Positions 27,029-37,022 of a stretch of 38,636 nucleotides of DNA are shown in pieces. Positions within the stretch are counted from its first letter, which is position 1. Every line of letters begins with the position of its first letter. The stretch spans positions 1 through 38,636 of the forward strand of contig JBBSQY010000031.1 in NCBI GenBank assembly GCA_038243585.1, written 5' to 3'. The translations under genes were made by a program, and so were the position numbers. This DNA comes from Candidatus Sumerlaeales bacterium (GTDB lineage Bacteria > Sumerlaeota > Sumerlaeia > Sumerlaeales > Sumerlaeaceae). Below the pieces are notes generated by a model. The model did not search any database, was not told the origin of the DNA, and saw nothing but the letters and a program-made list of their open reading frames with translations.

Positions 27029-29830
27029 TTATACGGCGGCCAACGGCTCCTGCGCGGTCTTCAGGCCGGTTCGAGTAACAAGAATTCTATCTTGCAGCGC
27101 ACCACAACCCGTTATGTGCTCGAAAGCGGTTACAGGATTCACGTAATACTGCTCTCGCATATTAACCACTATTTGAGCGATCAATATATCGTTATCCTGT
27201 TTCCATTGCAGGTCGGATATAGACTGTTTAAGGTCGCGCTGAACAACTTTATTTCGACCGCTAAAGGCGACTTGCCAGTCGTCGGCTAGAGCAAACGCCT
27301 CTAGTTTCTCAACGATTAAATCAGCGGAAACAGATAAGTTGCGCATCGGGAATTGAAGTTCATAAGACGCCGTTTCAAGACTTGGCACAAGTGCCACCGA
27401 ACGCAATGCAATTTCTTCAACTGCTATCCATTCTAAGCCGGCCAAAAAAATTCCCTGCAACTTTTGAAGCAATTGATCGGGAGCATAAAACTCTGTAAAA
27501 ACCACATCCACCAGATCTCCTATTGTGGAAAAAGCCATTGGCAGGGGAGGAGCAAAAGTCATTTTGGGCGTTTGATTAAAGCCTTGAGAATATGCGACGT
27601 TAATTTGAGCGCGGCGAAATATTAATTGCACAATTTTTACGAGGTCCAGATGCGAGACGAAACGTAGCGTCCCAGTTTTTGTAAAAGTAAAACGCATTCG
27701 CTGAACGGGTTCTACGGCAACGGCGGCGCGTTCCTTTGCTGCAGGTGCATAATATTCGCCATCCTCCCGAACGCTCAGCAGATTCTTAACTTCTTTAAAA
27801 TCACAGACTTGGCAAGTAGCACACGGAGCCGTACTGCAATCAGCAGTGATTTTAACTAGCTCGCTTTTGGTCTTTTCTTTCCATAGAAATTTTTTTCCCA
27901 GACTAGCATCGATATGATCCCAAGCAAAAGTTTCATCTTTTCCACGTTCACGATTCGCAAAAAATGTCGTGTCTATACCGCAATCAACAAATGCCTGCTG
28001 CCACATATCGAACCGCATGTGCTCTTTCCAATTATCGAACTTGCAGCCAAGTTGCCAGGCGCGGTGAATTACAGCACCCATTCTCCGGTCTCCGCGGCTC
28101 AACGCTCCTTCGATAGCGCTTTCCATTACGCTGTGCTTTTTTAAGCTGACATAACGGCGATTAACGCGGCTTTGGATATAATTGTATTTGCGAGTAAACT
28201 CCTCCAGCGTCGGCTGCGCATGCCATTGGAATGGGGTCTGAGGCTTTGGAATGAACGGGGAGAGGCTAATGTTCAACTGAAATTGCTTGCCGCAGTACTT
28301 ATTTCCCAGTTCAACTGCCTTGTTAGTAAGGTCAACAATGCCCTGAAGATCGTCGTCCGTCTCTGTAGGCAAACCACACATAAAGTAGAACTTCAGTGTA
28401 CGCCAACCGCGTTTTAATACTTGTTCGATTGTTTCAATAAAACGCTCTTCGTCCACTGCTTTATTAATGACCTCTCGGAGTCGGGCAGTTCCTGCTTCCG
28501 GCGCGAATGTGAATCCGCTTTTTCTGCCGCTACCGATTTCATCCGCTAAGTCTACATCGAAGGCGTTGATACGAAGACTGGGCAGCGAGATCGCGATGTT
28601 GTCATCAACTAGTTCGTTTCTCAGAGTCCTTGTTAGTTCGAGAATTCCAGAGTAGTCTGCGCTGGAAAGACTCAGCAGAGAGATTTCATCATAACCGGTA
28701 TTTCGGATTCCTTCGCGGGCGATATCCACGATTTGCTGCGGCGACCGTTCCCGCAGTGGGCGGGAAATCATTCCGGCTTGGCAAAAGCGGCAGCCGACCA
28801 TGCAACCTCTTTTAATTTCGATCGCGAAGCGGTCGTGAACCACTCGCATTAGGGGAACTACAGGCCGCGTGCAGCCAAGGTCGTCGCGCACGTCGAAGTT
28901 ACATTTTTTAACGATTTCAGGGACGTCGTCGCGCGTGCGTGTCACCTGCGCCAACGTTTTATCCTCATTATAAGCAGCCTCGTAAAACCGGGGAACGTAG
29001 ACACCAGGGATTTGAGCAAGGCGAAGTAGTAGCTCTTCCCGTATTATACCGAAACGGCTTCGGTTTGCCGCTGCCCCGGAAAAATCTTTCCAAGGTCCTG
29101 GCATATCAAAATCGGAGTTGACGAATGTTGGGACGGCCTTGCGCTTGGCACGAGTGCCATCTCCAAGATAGTGATAAGTCTCTGTGGCTGAAGAAGAATG
29201 TTCGCGCGCGGTTTTAAAATGACCGCTGCTATACCTCCGGGACTGGCGCACAGCTTCCATAATCTGCAGCAACGCCCATTCACCGTCGCCGATCACGTAC
29301 GCATCAATAAAGCTGGACATGACCTCTGGATTAAAGGCTCCGTGACCGCCCGCTATTACGATTGGGTCATCCTCGCTACGATCTTTCGAAAAGATTGGGA
29401 TGCGCCCAAGGTCTAACGTGTTAAGGATGTTAGTATAGTTCATCTCGTGTTGGAATGTGAAGCCTATAATATCCGCATCAGATAGAGGTCGTTTGCTTTC
29501 CAGCAGGTATAACGGCAGATCGTGTTCACGCAGCTGCGCTTCAAAATCCGGCCACGGAGCAAATACGCGCTCGCATTGAAAGCCGTCGATTCGGTTGATC
29601 TTCTCGTAGAAAATTTTAAAGCCGTGGTAGCTCATGCCAATATCGTAAACGTCTGGAAAAGCAAGGGCGAGTCGAACTTCCACATCATCGTCAGGCTTAA
29701 CGGTCGTGTTGAACTCGCCGCCGATATAGCGAGCAGGCTTGTCAACCTTTTGAAGCAGCCGCGGAAGCTGATCAATTATGCGGGCAGCAGAATTAGTGCT
29801 TCCCGCCCATACCCAATTATTCTTCATCAT
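27029..29830 (-). CDS. TIGR03960-type B12-binding radical SAM protein fused to a TIGR03936/DUF2344-type domain
   Basis: KPARYIGGE, FPDVYDIGMS, RGCMVGCRFCQAG, TFAPEAG and CATCQVC; C-terminal RFVSHLD...AYSQGFN domain. Confidence 0.88.
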   Translation of the reverse strand: MMKNNWVWAGSTNSAARIIDQLPRLLQKVDKPARYIGGEFNTTVKPDDDVEVRLALAFPDVYDIGMSYHGFKIFYEKINRIDGFQCERVFAPWPDFEAQLREHDLPLYLLESKRPLSDADIIGFTFQHEMNYTNILNTLDLGRIPIFSKDRSEDDPIVIAGGHGAFNPEVMSSFIDAYVIGDGEWALLQIMEAVRQSRRYSSGHFKTAREHSSSATETYHYLGDGTRAKRKAVPTFVNSDFDMPGPWKDFSGAAANRSRFGIIREELLLRLAQIPGVYVPRFYEAAYNEDKTLAQVTRTRDDVPEIVKKCNFDVRDDLGCTRPVVPLMRVVHDRFAIEIKRGCMVGCRFCQAGMISRPLRERSPQQIVDIAREGIRNTGYDEISLLSLSSADYSGILELTRTLRNELVDDNIAISLPSLRINAFDVDLADEIGSGRKSGFTFAPEAGTARLREVINKAVDEERFIETIEQVLKRGWRTLKFYFMCGLPTETDDDLQGIVDLTNKAVELGNKYCGKQFQLNISLSPFIPKPQTPFQWHAQPTLEEFTRKYNYIQSRVNRRYVSLKKHSVMESAIEGALSRGDRRMGAVIHRAWQLGCKFDNWKEHMRFDMWQQAFVDCGIDTTFFANRERGKDETFAWDHIDASLGKKFLWKEKTKSELVKITADCSTAPCATCQVCDFKEVKNLLSVREDGEYYAPAAKERAAVAVEPVQRMRFTFTKTGTLRFVSHLDLVKIVQLIFRRAQINVAYSQGFNQTPKMTFAPPLPMAFSTIGDLVDVVFTEFYAPDQLLQKLQGIFLAGLEWIAVEEIALRSVALVPSLETASYELQFPMRNLSVSADLIVEKLEAFALADDWQVAFSGRNKVVQRDLKQSISDLQWKQDNDILIAQIVVNMREQYYVNPVTAFEHITGCGALQDRILVTRTGLKTAQEPLAAV

Positions 29831-29831
29831 A

Positions 29832-30158
29832 TCAGCTCCGCAGTCTTTTATAAAGTCTTCCCGCTTTGCCGGAAAGGTTTCTCAGATTAAGTGTTGGGTA
29901 TTTGCCAAAAATGATCAACAGAATGATAAAAATGATACCTAATTTCTTGTTAACCAAGAAAATTCCAAGAGCCATTGTCCACCCCAGCCAAGAAAGTCTT
30001 CGCTCTGGCGATATCACGGGCAAGTGGTAGTCTGATTCTAATGGCTCTACGTCCACTTCAATTTCTGCAGTTTTGCCGAGATTACTAGATTCCGCAGAGC
30101 CGCTGGCTGTTGAAGGCGTATGGATTGAGTCGGTGTTTTTCATGAGAGTTTTAGCCAT
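29832..30158 (-). CDS. Small hypothetical membrane protein
   Basis: Two short hydrophobic segments; ends 1 nt before the radical SAM start, so probably co-transcribed. Confidence 0.55.
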   Translation of the reverse strand: MAKTLMKNTDSIHTPSTASGSAESSNLGKTAEIEVDVEPLESDYHLPVISPERRLSWLGWTMALGIFLVNKKLGIIFIILLIIFGKYPTLNLRNLSGKAGRLYKRLRS

Positions 30159-30269
30159 ATCCAAGCTTAGATAAGCACTTCGTTATATTCTGGCATAGCA
30201 CGAACATTCCACAAGGTGCAAGCTTGATTTGGAAGCCGTCTTGATACAACTCGTTGTGTTTCTTAATAA

Positions 30270-30399
30270 TTTGGCCTACAAGTAGTGTTGAAGCAGCAGG
30301 TTAACAGCTGAATAAAGGAATCCAGGTTTAATTAAACATAGGCTGTAACCTGCGCGGACCTCGTTATGGCGACGTTTGCGATAAGTCGAGGTCGCCAAA
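30270..30399 (+). ncRNA. Candidate structured RNA / 5' leader upstream of the HNH gene (family not recognised)
   Basis: Closing stem tttggc/gccaaa encloses gcaggtta-a-cagc/gctg-taacctgc (inner gttt-aatt-aaac) and gacctcg/cgaggtc, the latter covering the SD GAGGT. Confidence 0.4.
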
Positions 30400-30402
30400 A
30401 CA

Positions 30403-31002
30403 ATGCAAAGTATGCTAAACCATAACGTATTAGTTTTGAACCGCCACTGGACAGCCGTCCACGTGACAAGCGCTCGACGTGCTTTGGTGTTGTTGTATGG
30501 CGATCACGCTCGTGTAGTCGTAGACGATTACTCAACTTACGACTTTGAAACATGGCGAGAACTAACGGAAGTCATGAGCCAAGTAGAGAAAATCACAACT
30601 CCGACTTTTGAAATCGCTGTGCCGGAAGTCATAATGTTAACGCAATTTAATCGTTTTCCGCCACGGCAGCTCAAGTTTTCCAGGCGAAATATTTATCTGC
30701 GGGACTCACATACCTGCCAATATTGTGGAAAGATTCCTCATAAAGAGGAATTGACGATCGACCATGTCTTACCTAGAAGTAGAGGGGGAAAAACAACTTG
30801 GGAAAATGTGGTCTTAGCGTGTATCCGCTGTAATATGAAAAAAGGTAGTAAATTGTTACAGGAATCCGGTTTGCGTCTTTTGAATCATCCGGTTAAACCC
30901 CATTGGCTGGCTTGTTCCCAGTTTCATCAGAAGCTACCTGCCAGCAGCTTATGGCAAAAGTTTCTTGATAGGGCCTATTGGGACACGCAACTGGATGAGT
31001 AA
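30403..31002 (+). CDS. HNH endonuclease (McrA/HNH_5-like)
   Basis: VLVLN N-terminus; FSRRNIYLRD..TCQYCG, LTIDHVLPRSRGG...WENVVLACIRCNMKKG. Confidence 0.92.
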   Translation: MQSMLNHNVLVLNRHWTAVHVTSARRALVLLYGDHARVVVDDYSTYDFETWRELTEVMSQVEKITTPTFEIAVPEVIMLTQFNRFPPRQLKFSRRNIYLRDSHTCQYCGKIPHKEELTIDHVLPRSRGGKTTWENVVLACIRCNMKKGSKLLQESGLRLLNHPVKPHWLACSQFHQKLPASSLWQKFLDRAYWDTQLDE

Positions 31003-31061
31003 GCTAATTACCATTGGTTTTCATTGTCATATTTGAAGAGGATCTTAATTTGAAGATACAC

Positions 31062-32324
31062 ATGAAGCGTTTATCCGTGCTCGTTATTACGCTATTAATA
31101 ATATCAGCCGTCGTCAGTGCGCAAACTGGCCCCGGACCGGCTGCGGAGAAAAATGAAATCGCAGTTCAAACCTCTCCGCCGACGTCTATATTTGATGCCG
31201 AAGCCGCAGCGCGAATTTGGAATATAAAGCCGGCAAAAGACGAGACATCGGCATCAATGCATGCACGAGTCAGCAATATGTTGAAAAAAATGATCGAGAA
31301 CAGCGACAAACTCGATTACGACACATCATATTGGCGGCTTCTGGCGTTCGTGCGAGAGGTGCCTTGGAATAAGCTGACAGATTATCGTAAAAAGTGGTAC
31401 CTCGATCACATGCCGAACCCGCGACTCACCGATGAGCAGCGCCTGTTTGTGATTGAAACGCTGAAGCAAAAACCTCTGTATGAAATGACGCCCAAGGAAG
31501 TGGATGTGTATCTTGGGTATATGCGCGATGCGGAACCGAGCCTGCGTAAAAGAGTTGTAGCATTGGCACGTCAGAATCTGGGACAGCCATATGCGATTTA
31601 CCTGCTGGGGGAGTTTCCCCGAGAAGTTTATGACGCGGACCCAATGTTCTGCCTTGAAAAAGGCGATTGTGTCGTGTTTAGCGAGCATATGTACGCAATG
31701 GCACTGGGCCATGATTGGCCAAGCTTCTATGATTGGCTGCAGAAGATTCGCTACAAGGATGGTGTTCCTGGCATGGTTACCCGGAACCATTTTACGGAAG
31801 CGGATTGGGACATCAATAACGACTGGTTGATTCAGGATGTAACGACAGAATTAGGTGCCACCACAGTAACCGAATATACGGAGAAAATCGACAGGGCCAG
31901 GTTCTTTCGAAACTTTGGCGTTGGTCAGGATATTCCTGTGCAGCACTTGGAAGATGAGTATATACCCGCAGAAGCGATTGCCAGCGTGGTGGATAAACTT
32001 CAGGACGGAGATTTTGTCAACATTGTACGCGGGGTTGGCAAGGGCGTATGGGTAGGGCATGTGGGTCTGATTTCTCATGGGAAAGATGGAACTGTTAATA
32101 TGATCCACTCGACCGAACCGAAGAGCAAGGAACAGCCTATTATGGAATACGTAAACGATAATCTAAAAAAGAATGTTGATCGCCGAAAAAGAGGGTCTGC
32201 CGAATTCCAGGGAATGAAATTTCTGCGCTTGCGAGCCGAAGATCTTGAAGCATTAATCTCGGCGCGCAGCTCGCCTACCGTTTCGGCTGACAATAATAGT
32301 ACAACGAAATCGCTGACCCAGTGA
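31062..32324 (+). CDS. Secreted DUF1460 / NlpC-P60-like N-acetylmuramoyl-L-alanine amidase-like protein
   Basis: Signal peptide; LGQPY, DCVVFSEH, IRYKDG, RNHFTEADW, GHVGLI and MIHS (Cys-His-His arrangement). Confidence 0.75.
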   Translation: MKRLSVLVITLLIISAVVSAQTGPGPAAEKNEIAVQTSPPTSIFDAEAAARIWNIKPAKDETSASMHARVSNMLKKMIENSDKLDYDTSYWRLLAFVREVPWNKLTDYRKKWYLDHMPNPRLTDEQRLFVIETLKQKPLYEMTPKEVDVYLGYMRDAEPSLRKRVVALARQNLGQPYAIYLLGEFPREVYDADPMFCLEKGDCVVFSEHMYAMALGHDWPSFYDWLQKIRYKDGVPGMVTRNHFTEADWDINNDWLIQDVTTELGATTVTEYTEKIDRARFFRNFGVGQDIPVQHLEDEYIPAEAIASVVDKLQDGDFVNIVRGVGKGVWVGHVGLISHGKDGTVNMIHSTEPKSKEQPIMEYVNDNLKKNVDRRKRGSAEFQGMKFLRLRAEDLEALISARSSPTVSADNNSTTKSLTQ

Positions 32325-33103
32325 TGAATGCTGGTATAGCCAGTTCATTTGCCGTAAATGACGTGGTGGCCGTAGTGCTGGCAGCGGGGCGGGGTACCCG
32401 TATGGGGAAACTTACTGAGACAGTTCCAAAGCCACTGGTGCCGGTGCTTGGAAAGCCAGCGTTGCACTGGGTTTTGGGTGGATTATCATCAGTTGGTGTG
32501 CGACGTGTTGTTATAGTCACCGGGTATTTGTCAGAGCTAGTTAAGGAGGCCACTGTGGGTTTCGGCGGGAATTCCCTTGATATAGTCTTTGTTGAGCAGA
32601 AGTATCAACTGGGCACCGCGGACGCATTGAAACTAACCCATGCCGTTGTCGGAGGAGCTCCGGTTTTGCTGGCGTTTGCCGATATAATGACATCGCCAGA
32701 AAATTACCGAGCCTTACTACAGCGTTTTTTTGAAGACAGCTGTGATTTGACAGCAGGGGTGCGGAATATGGGCGATCCATATCGTTCGGCGGCTGTTTAC
32801 GTGGACGACGCGAATAACATTTTAAATATCATTGAAAAGCCGGAAAAGGGTAAATCTGCTACGCGCTGGTCTCATGCTGGAATGTACTGTTTTTCCAACA
32901 TGATTTTTAGCTACCTTGAAAAAGTTCAGCCATCGGCTCGCGGCGAGTATGAAGTGACAGACGCGGTTAAAATGATGATTGAGTCCCGACAGAAGTGTCG
33001 AATGGTAGAGTTCCACGGATACTGGAAAGATCTCGCCACTCCGGAAGATGTGGCGGAGGCGGCAAATTTGATGAGTAAGTCAGCACACACTGCAGACGCC
33101 TAG
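32324..33103 (+). CDS. Sugar-phosphate nucleotidyltransferase (NTP_transferase family)
   Basis: LAAGRGTRM....PKPL, LGTADAL, IIEKP, SARGEYEVTD and WKDL; TGATG overlap with the upstream gene. Confidence 0.88.
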   Translation: MNAGIASSFAVNDVVAVVLAAGRGTRMGKLTETVPKPLVPVLGKPALHWVLGGLSSVGVRRVVIVTGYLSELVKEATVGFGGNSLDIVFVEQKYQLGTADALKLTHAVVGGAPVLLAFADIMTSPENYRALLQRFFEDSCDLTAGVRNMGDPYRSAAVYVDDANNILNIIEKPEKGKSATRWSHAGMYCFSNMIFSYLEKVQPSARGEYEVTDAVKMMIESRQKCRMVEFHGYWKDLATPEDVAEAANLMSKSAHTADA

Positions 33104-33340
33104 TGCTGAGTCAGCGAGCTCAACATTCGTTTACTAGGGGCAATTTTCCGCTGCTTAAGACTGAGCACGGTACTCCTACTATTAGCGTTCTGACAAATGT
33201 CTATGCTGACAATAGATCTTGGCAACGATACGGGTCGTATCTCACTATCACACGATTGCATATGTCATAGTGGGATCAGCAGTTGAAAATCAATACGTTG
33301 GCACGAGTACGGTTCCTTTTAATTATCACCGATGCAGCGA

Positions 33341-34297
33341 TTATTGAGATACTACTCGCGTGCCTGCTACATGATCGTAAATTGTGCGCTTTTGCACATC
33401 AAAGATAGCGATTAAATATCCGAAGAGAAATAGGAACTGAGCAACTTGGGCAATCGATGATTCCGGCAACATCATGCCTGGAAGTTGCAATATGGCTGGC
33501 GCGATAGCTCGTATAACTGCCTGACTGAAACGAACCTGGCTGCCATTCTGTGCGACTACCCGGACTCTCAAGGCCATTTTACCCAAGGTTGCCCCAAATT
33601 TTCCGATTAGAACTCCATCGTACAACACTCTAAACACCAATGTACCAAGCATAAAAGGGCGCAATGCAGTAAGCAAGTGTTCAGGGGATTCTCTGAAATT
33701 TTGAACTGCTGTAGTGAGAAGTTCTAGGTCGGTGGTAAGGGCAACAATAACCAAAAGAACCACTGATTCTACTAAGTTATCTATAATTTTTGCGGCTGCT
33801 CGGGAAATGATACTTGCGTAAGGAAGTGCGACCGTTCCAGACAAGCTGGTAAAGCCAGACGCATCTTTATAAGCATCAACGGGCACGCCATTTACGAGTT
33901 GCCCGGCGGATTGATAATGACGCGCTAAATCTGCGTCGCAGTTACGACAGAGTAACAAATTCCCTAATTTAATTCCGTCATGCTCTCCAGTTGGATTACG
34001 TCCACACTGGGCACAGGATGGGTTAACTGATTCTGACATAACCGAATCTAAATCATTATTTAGACCAATGGTATTTTGAGGCAGGGAAACGGAATGCGAC
34101 CCGGACAGAGGCGGCAAAGCCGGACTGATTTTTACCAGTCCGGCCTCCCGCGTGTTTTCAAGCGGCTGCCAATTGTCCATGCCATCCTTCCAGACGAGGG
34201 TCTCGCTGTTGATCCGGCCAATATTAACCAAATCCTGGAATTCTTCATCGCTAAGAGGACCTTTTTGTCGGTCACCTTCCGCATAATACCAAACCAT
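33341..34297 (-). CDS. RDD-family membrane protein with N-terminal GYF_2 (DUF4339) domain and a CxxC..CxxC module
   Basis: WYYA...QKGP.....TLVWKDGMDNW; CAQC...CRNC; RAAAKIID, GATLGKMAL and KRTIYDHVAGTRVV. Confidence 0.88.
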   Translation of the reverse strand: MVWYYAEGDRQKGPLSDEEFQDLVNIGRINSETLVWKDGMDNWQPLENTREAGLVKISPALPPLSGSHSVSLPQNTIGLNNDLDSVMSESVNPSCAQCGRNPTGEHDGIKLGNLLLCRNCDADLARHYQSAGQLVNGVPVDAYKDASGFTSLSGTVALPYASIISRAAAKIIDNLVESVVLLVIVALTTDLELLTTAVQNFRESPEHLLTALRPFMLGTLVFRVLYDGVLIGKFGATLGKMALRVRVVAQNGSQVRFSQAVIRAIAPAILQLPGMMLPESSIAQVAQFLFLFGYLIAIFDVQKRTIYDHVAGTRVVSQ

Positions 34298-34330
34298 TGT
34301 CAGTCGCTCTGCCTGTTCAGGAATTTTGTT

Positions 34331-35728
34331 TTATTTAGCTTCAAGCAGCTTCGCAACTGCAGCGTCCAACTCTTCTCCGCGAAGATCCACCGCGCTGATT
34401 TTTCCTTCTTTATCTAGAAGAATAGTCGTGGGGTATTTCATCACGCCATAAGTTTTCTGAACTGAATCTGCTTTGTCGCCGCCATCGAAAACTTGTGGCC
34501 ATTGGAGGTCTTCCGCTTCAACAAGTTTCTGAAGATCTTCAATGGCTTCATCGGCAGAAAGGCCAATAATTTCGAAATTCTTATCTTTATTATCGGCGTA
34601 AAGTTTTTTAACATTAGGCAATTCAGCGATGCATGGACCACACCAGGTTGCCCAGAAGTCTAGAAGAACGACTTTACCCTTTAAATCCGAAAGCTTGATA
34701 GTTTTATTATCACTGGTCGTTGCGGTGAAATCCGGAGCTGTTTCCCCAACTTTTATTTTATCCCAGTTGGCTGTCCGCTCAACAACACTGCTGAGTTGTT
34801 CCTGCAACGTCGAAAATAGGAAGCCAAACTCGCCGTTTGGATACTGTTGCAGATACTTTTTGGTCTCTTCCAAAACGGTCTTCATTGCATCAGGGGATGA
34901 CATACTCAGCGTACGCAGCTTTGAAGCAATGGGAACAGCCATCTCAACGTCATTTTTTAAAATTGTTAACTGCTCTGCCTGCAGTTTTGTATTACTTTCA
35001 AGTTTCGTTTCGTCTGTAATTGCAAACTTGATCGGCGTGTTTCTCGCCGTAATTGCGAGATTAACGTTGGTGCTAATAGATTCTGTTAGGTTTTTCTCGG
35101 TCGAGAAAATGGCGGTGCGCGTTAGAACAGGAGTTGTCTCCTGATTAACTTTTGCAACGGTTTTCAGATCCACACCTTCCCGGGTAGTAACAGCCTGACC
35201 TTCTCCGGGAGCGTTAGTTATTGGAAGTGAAATCGTAACCGAACTGGTGCCCTCTGCTGGTGGCGCGGCAAAAAGCGTTTCCACAGAAAAGGTAGGAAAA
35301 GCAGAACCTGAAAGCCCGGCTTTTTCAAATTCTTCCTGACCTGTCGAACCTGTCAGGGGCATTTGGAATGTAAACCGGGGACCCGGCGTCTGTGTCTGGC
35401 CGGCCGTCGTTTCCTCAGATGCCGTAAGTGCGGCATAGAGCGTTAAAGTGTCACCCGTTTTTTCCAGCACTGTGATGCTGGTCATAATGTCCATATTTTC
35501 AGACTGGTCTTGACCCTGACCTGCTCCACTCATTGCAACGCTGCCTTTGGTGCTGTAGAGGAGCTGGTCGCCTGCCTCCAGATTAAATGCCGCTTGGGCT
35601 GAACCTGTAGTTGAGTCCGTCGAAGTGGCTGTGGCCGTTGTGTCTTGCGCCTGCGCGACAGCAGCGGCAAACATTGGTAGAGCGGCTACTAACATATAAG
35701 GTAGCCATTGGTTGCTGCGAATTCTCAT
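34331..35728 (-). CDS. Secreted protein with C-terminal TlpA/ResA-like thioredoxin domain
   Basis: Signal peptide ending AQA-Q; APDF, LKGKVVLLDFWATWCGPC, YGV..YPTTILLDKEG; about 290-aa unknown N-terminal region. Confidence 0.88.
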   Translation of the reverse strand: MRIRSNQWLPYMLVAALPMFAAAVAQAQDTTATATSTDSTTGSAQAAFNLEAGDQLLYSTKGSVAMSGAGQGQDQSENMDIMTSITVLEKTGDTLTLYAALTASEETTAGQTQTPGPRFTFQMPLTGSTGQEEFEKAGLSGSAFPTFSVETLFAAPPAEGTSSVTISLPITNAPGEGQAVTTREGVDLKTVAKVNQETTPVLTRTAIFSTEKNLTESISTNVNLAITARNTPIKFAITDETKLESNTKLQAEQLTILKNDVEMAVPIASKLRTLSMSSPDAMKTVLEETKKYLQQYPNGEFGFLFSTLQEQLSSVVERTANWDKIKVGETAPDFTATTSDNKTIKLSDLKGKVVLLDFWATWCGPCIAELPNVKKLYADNKDKNFEIIGLSADEAIEDLQKLVEAEDLQWPQVFDGGDKADSVQKTYGVMKYPTTILLDKEGKISAVDLRGEELDAAVAKLLEAK

Positions 35729-35810
35729 GCGTATTCTCCGTAAGTGATAAGGCGCTTTTTTAGCCTCTACAACATGTTGAGCAAGATTTTGACCAAAGGC
35801 ATTGAAAATA

Positions 35811-36959
35811 ATGGCTCTTATATGGAAACGAAAAGATCAGGATGATGAGTTTTACACTGCGAAACCCGGTGGGGGCAAGGGCCCGTCTATTAGTCAGCCT
35901 TCGGAATCCTTTGTAGAAACGGCACCTCAGGATTCGGTTTTTATGCCGAATTCGACCTCTGATCTACTCAAAGATGTGGATGTAAGTGCGTCAGAAAAGT
36001 CCATGCAACCATCACGACCGGGCGAAAATGCACAGCAGAGCGGACTTTTCGGGCGACTAAAGTCTTCACTTGGGCTGCGCATTGAAAAAACCAAGAATGA
36101 ATTCGTCGGTAAAATCAAGGAAGCCATTAAAGCGGCCGGCAAAGTGGATGAACACCTTATTGACCGGATTGAGGAAATACTGATCGGCGCGGATGTGGGG
36201 GCCGAGACAACCATGCGAATTGTGGCGGAGATGAAAGAGTTCGAAGCACGTGGTGCCTCGCCCGATGAGCTTCTGAAAAGTTTCAAATCTCAATTGCAGT
36301 CCATACTTGGAACGGAAACCCACCTCCTTTCTCTGGGCGATCATAAACCTCACGTTTTTTTAATTATCGGAGTAAATGGCGTCGGGAAAACCACTACCAT
36401 TGGAAAACTGGCAGCCGAGTTTCAAGCTAAGGGCTTAAAGACCTTGATTGTGGCGGGGGATACGTTTCGAGCTGCTGCGGTAGACCAATTAAAAATATGG
36501 GCGGACCGCACAGAAAGCGGTTTTCTTTGCAAACCGATGGGGGCGGACCCAGCAGGTATTGCTTTTGACGGGATTCAAAAAGCCGTTCAGGAAAACTATG
36601 ATGTTGTGCTGATGGACACGGCTGGACGTCTGCATACAAAAGTGAACCTCATGGAGGAGTTAAAGAAGATTACCCGGGTAAGTGAGAGGGTGATGCCTGG
36701 GGCACCGCACTCGACGCTTTTAGTGCTGGACGCGACGACGGGGCAAAATGCTATCAGCCAGGCGAAAGTTTTTTCAGAATCCATTCCCGTGACAGGTCTT
36801 GTAATGACAAAGCTGGACGGCACGGCCAAGGGGGGCGTGTTGATTGGTGTAAGAAACCTGTTTAAAATGCCAGTCGTGAAAATTGGAGTGGGCGAAGGCG
36901 TGGACGACTTGCGGGATTTTGATCCTCGCGAATTTGTAGACGCGCTGTTTGACGATTAG
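35811..36959 (+). CDS. ftsY: Signal recognition particle receptor FtsY
   Basis: ADVG, GVNGVGKTTTIGKLA, DTFRAAAVDQL, DTAGRLHTKVNLMEEL, DATTGQN and TKLDGTAKGG. Confidence 0.96.
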   Translation: MALIWKRKDQDDEFYTAKPGGGKGPSISQPSESFVETAPQDSVFMPNSTSDLLKDVDVSASEKSMQPSRPGENAQQSGLFGRLKSSLGLRIEKTKNEFVGKIKEAIKAAGKVDEHLIDRIEEILIGADVGAETTMRIVAEMKEFEARGASPDELLKSFKSQLQSILGTETHLLSLGDHKPHVFLIIGVNGVGKTTTIGKLAAEFQAKGLKTLIVAGDTFRAAAVDQLKIWADRTESGFLCKPMGADPAGIAFDGIQKAVQENYDVVLMDTAGRLHTKVNLMEELKKITRVSERVMPGAPHSTLLVLDATTGQNAISQAKVFSESIPVTGLVMTKLDGTAKGGVLIGVRNLFKMPVVKIGVGEGVDDLRDFDPREFVDALFDD

Positions 36960-37022
36960 GCCTGATTTTTTTAAACTGTTACGTTGGGGGACGAACAACA
37001 CGTAGCCACTTTACACTGATTG

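Noticed and set aside
30270..31002. IscB/HEARO (OMEGA) system
   Set aside because: The 199-aa protein has no PLMP start and no split RuvC motifs; it is a stand-alone HNH.
33104..33340. Possible sRNA in the convergent intergenic gap
   Set aside because: Only weak stems (e.g. tctcactat/atagtggga); no recognisable promoter-terminator pair or family motif.
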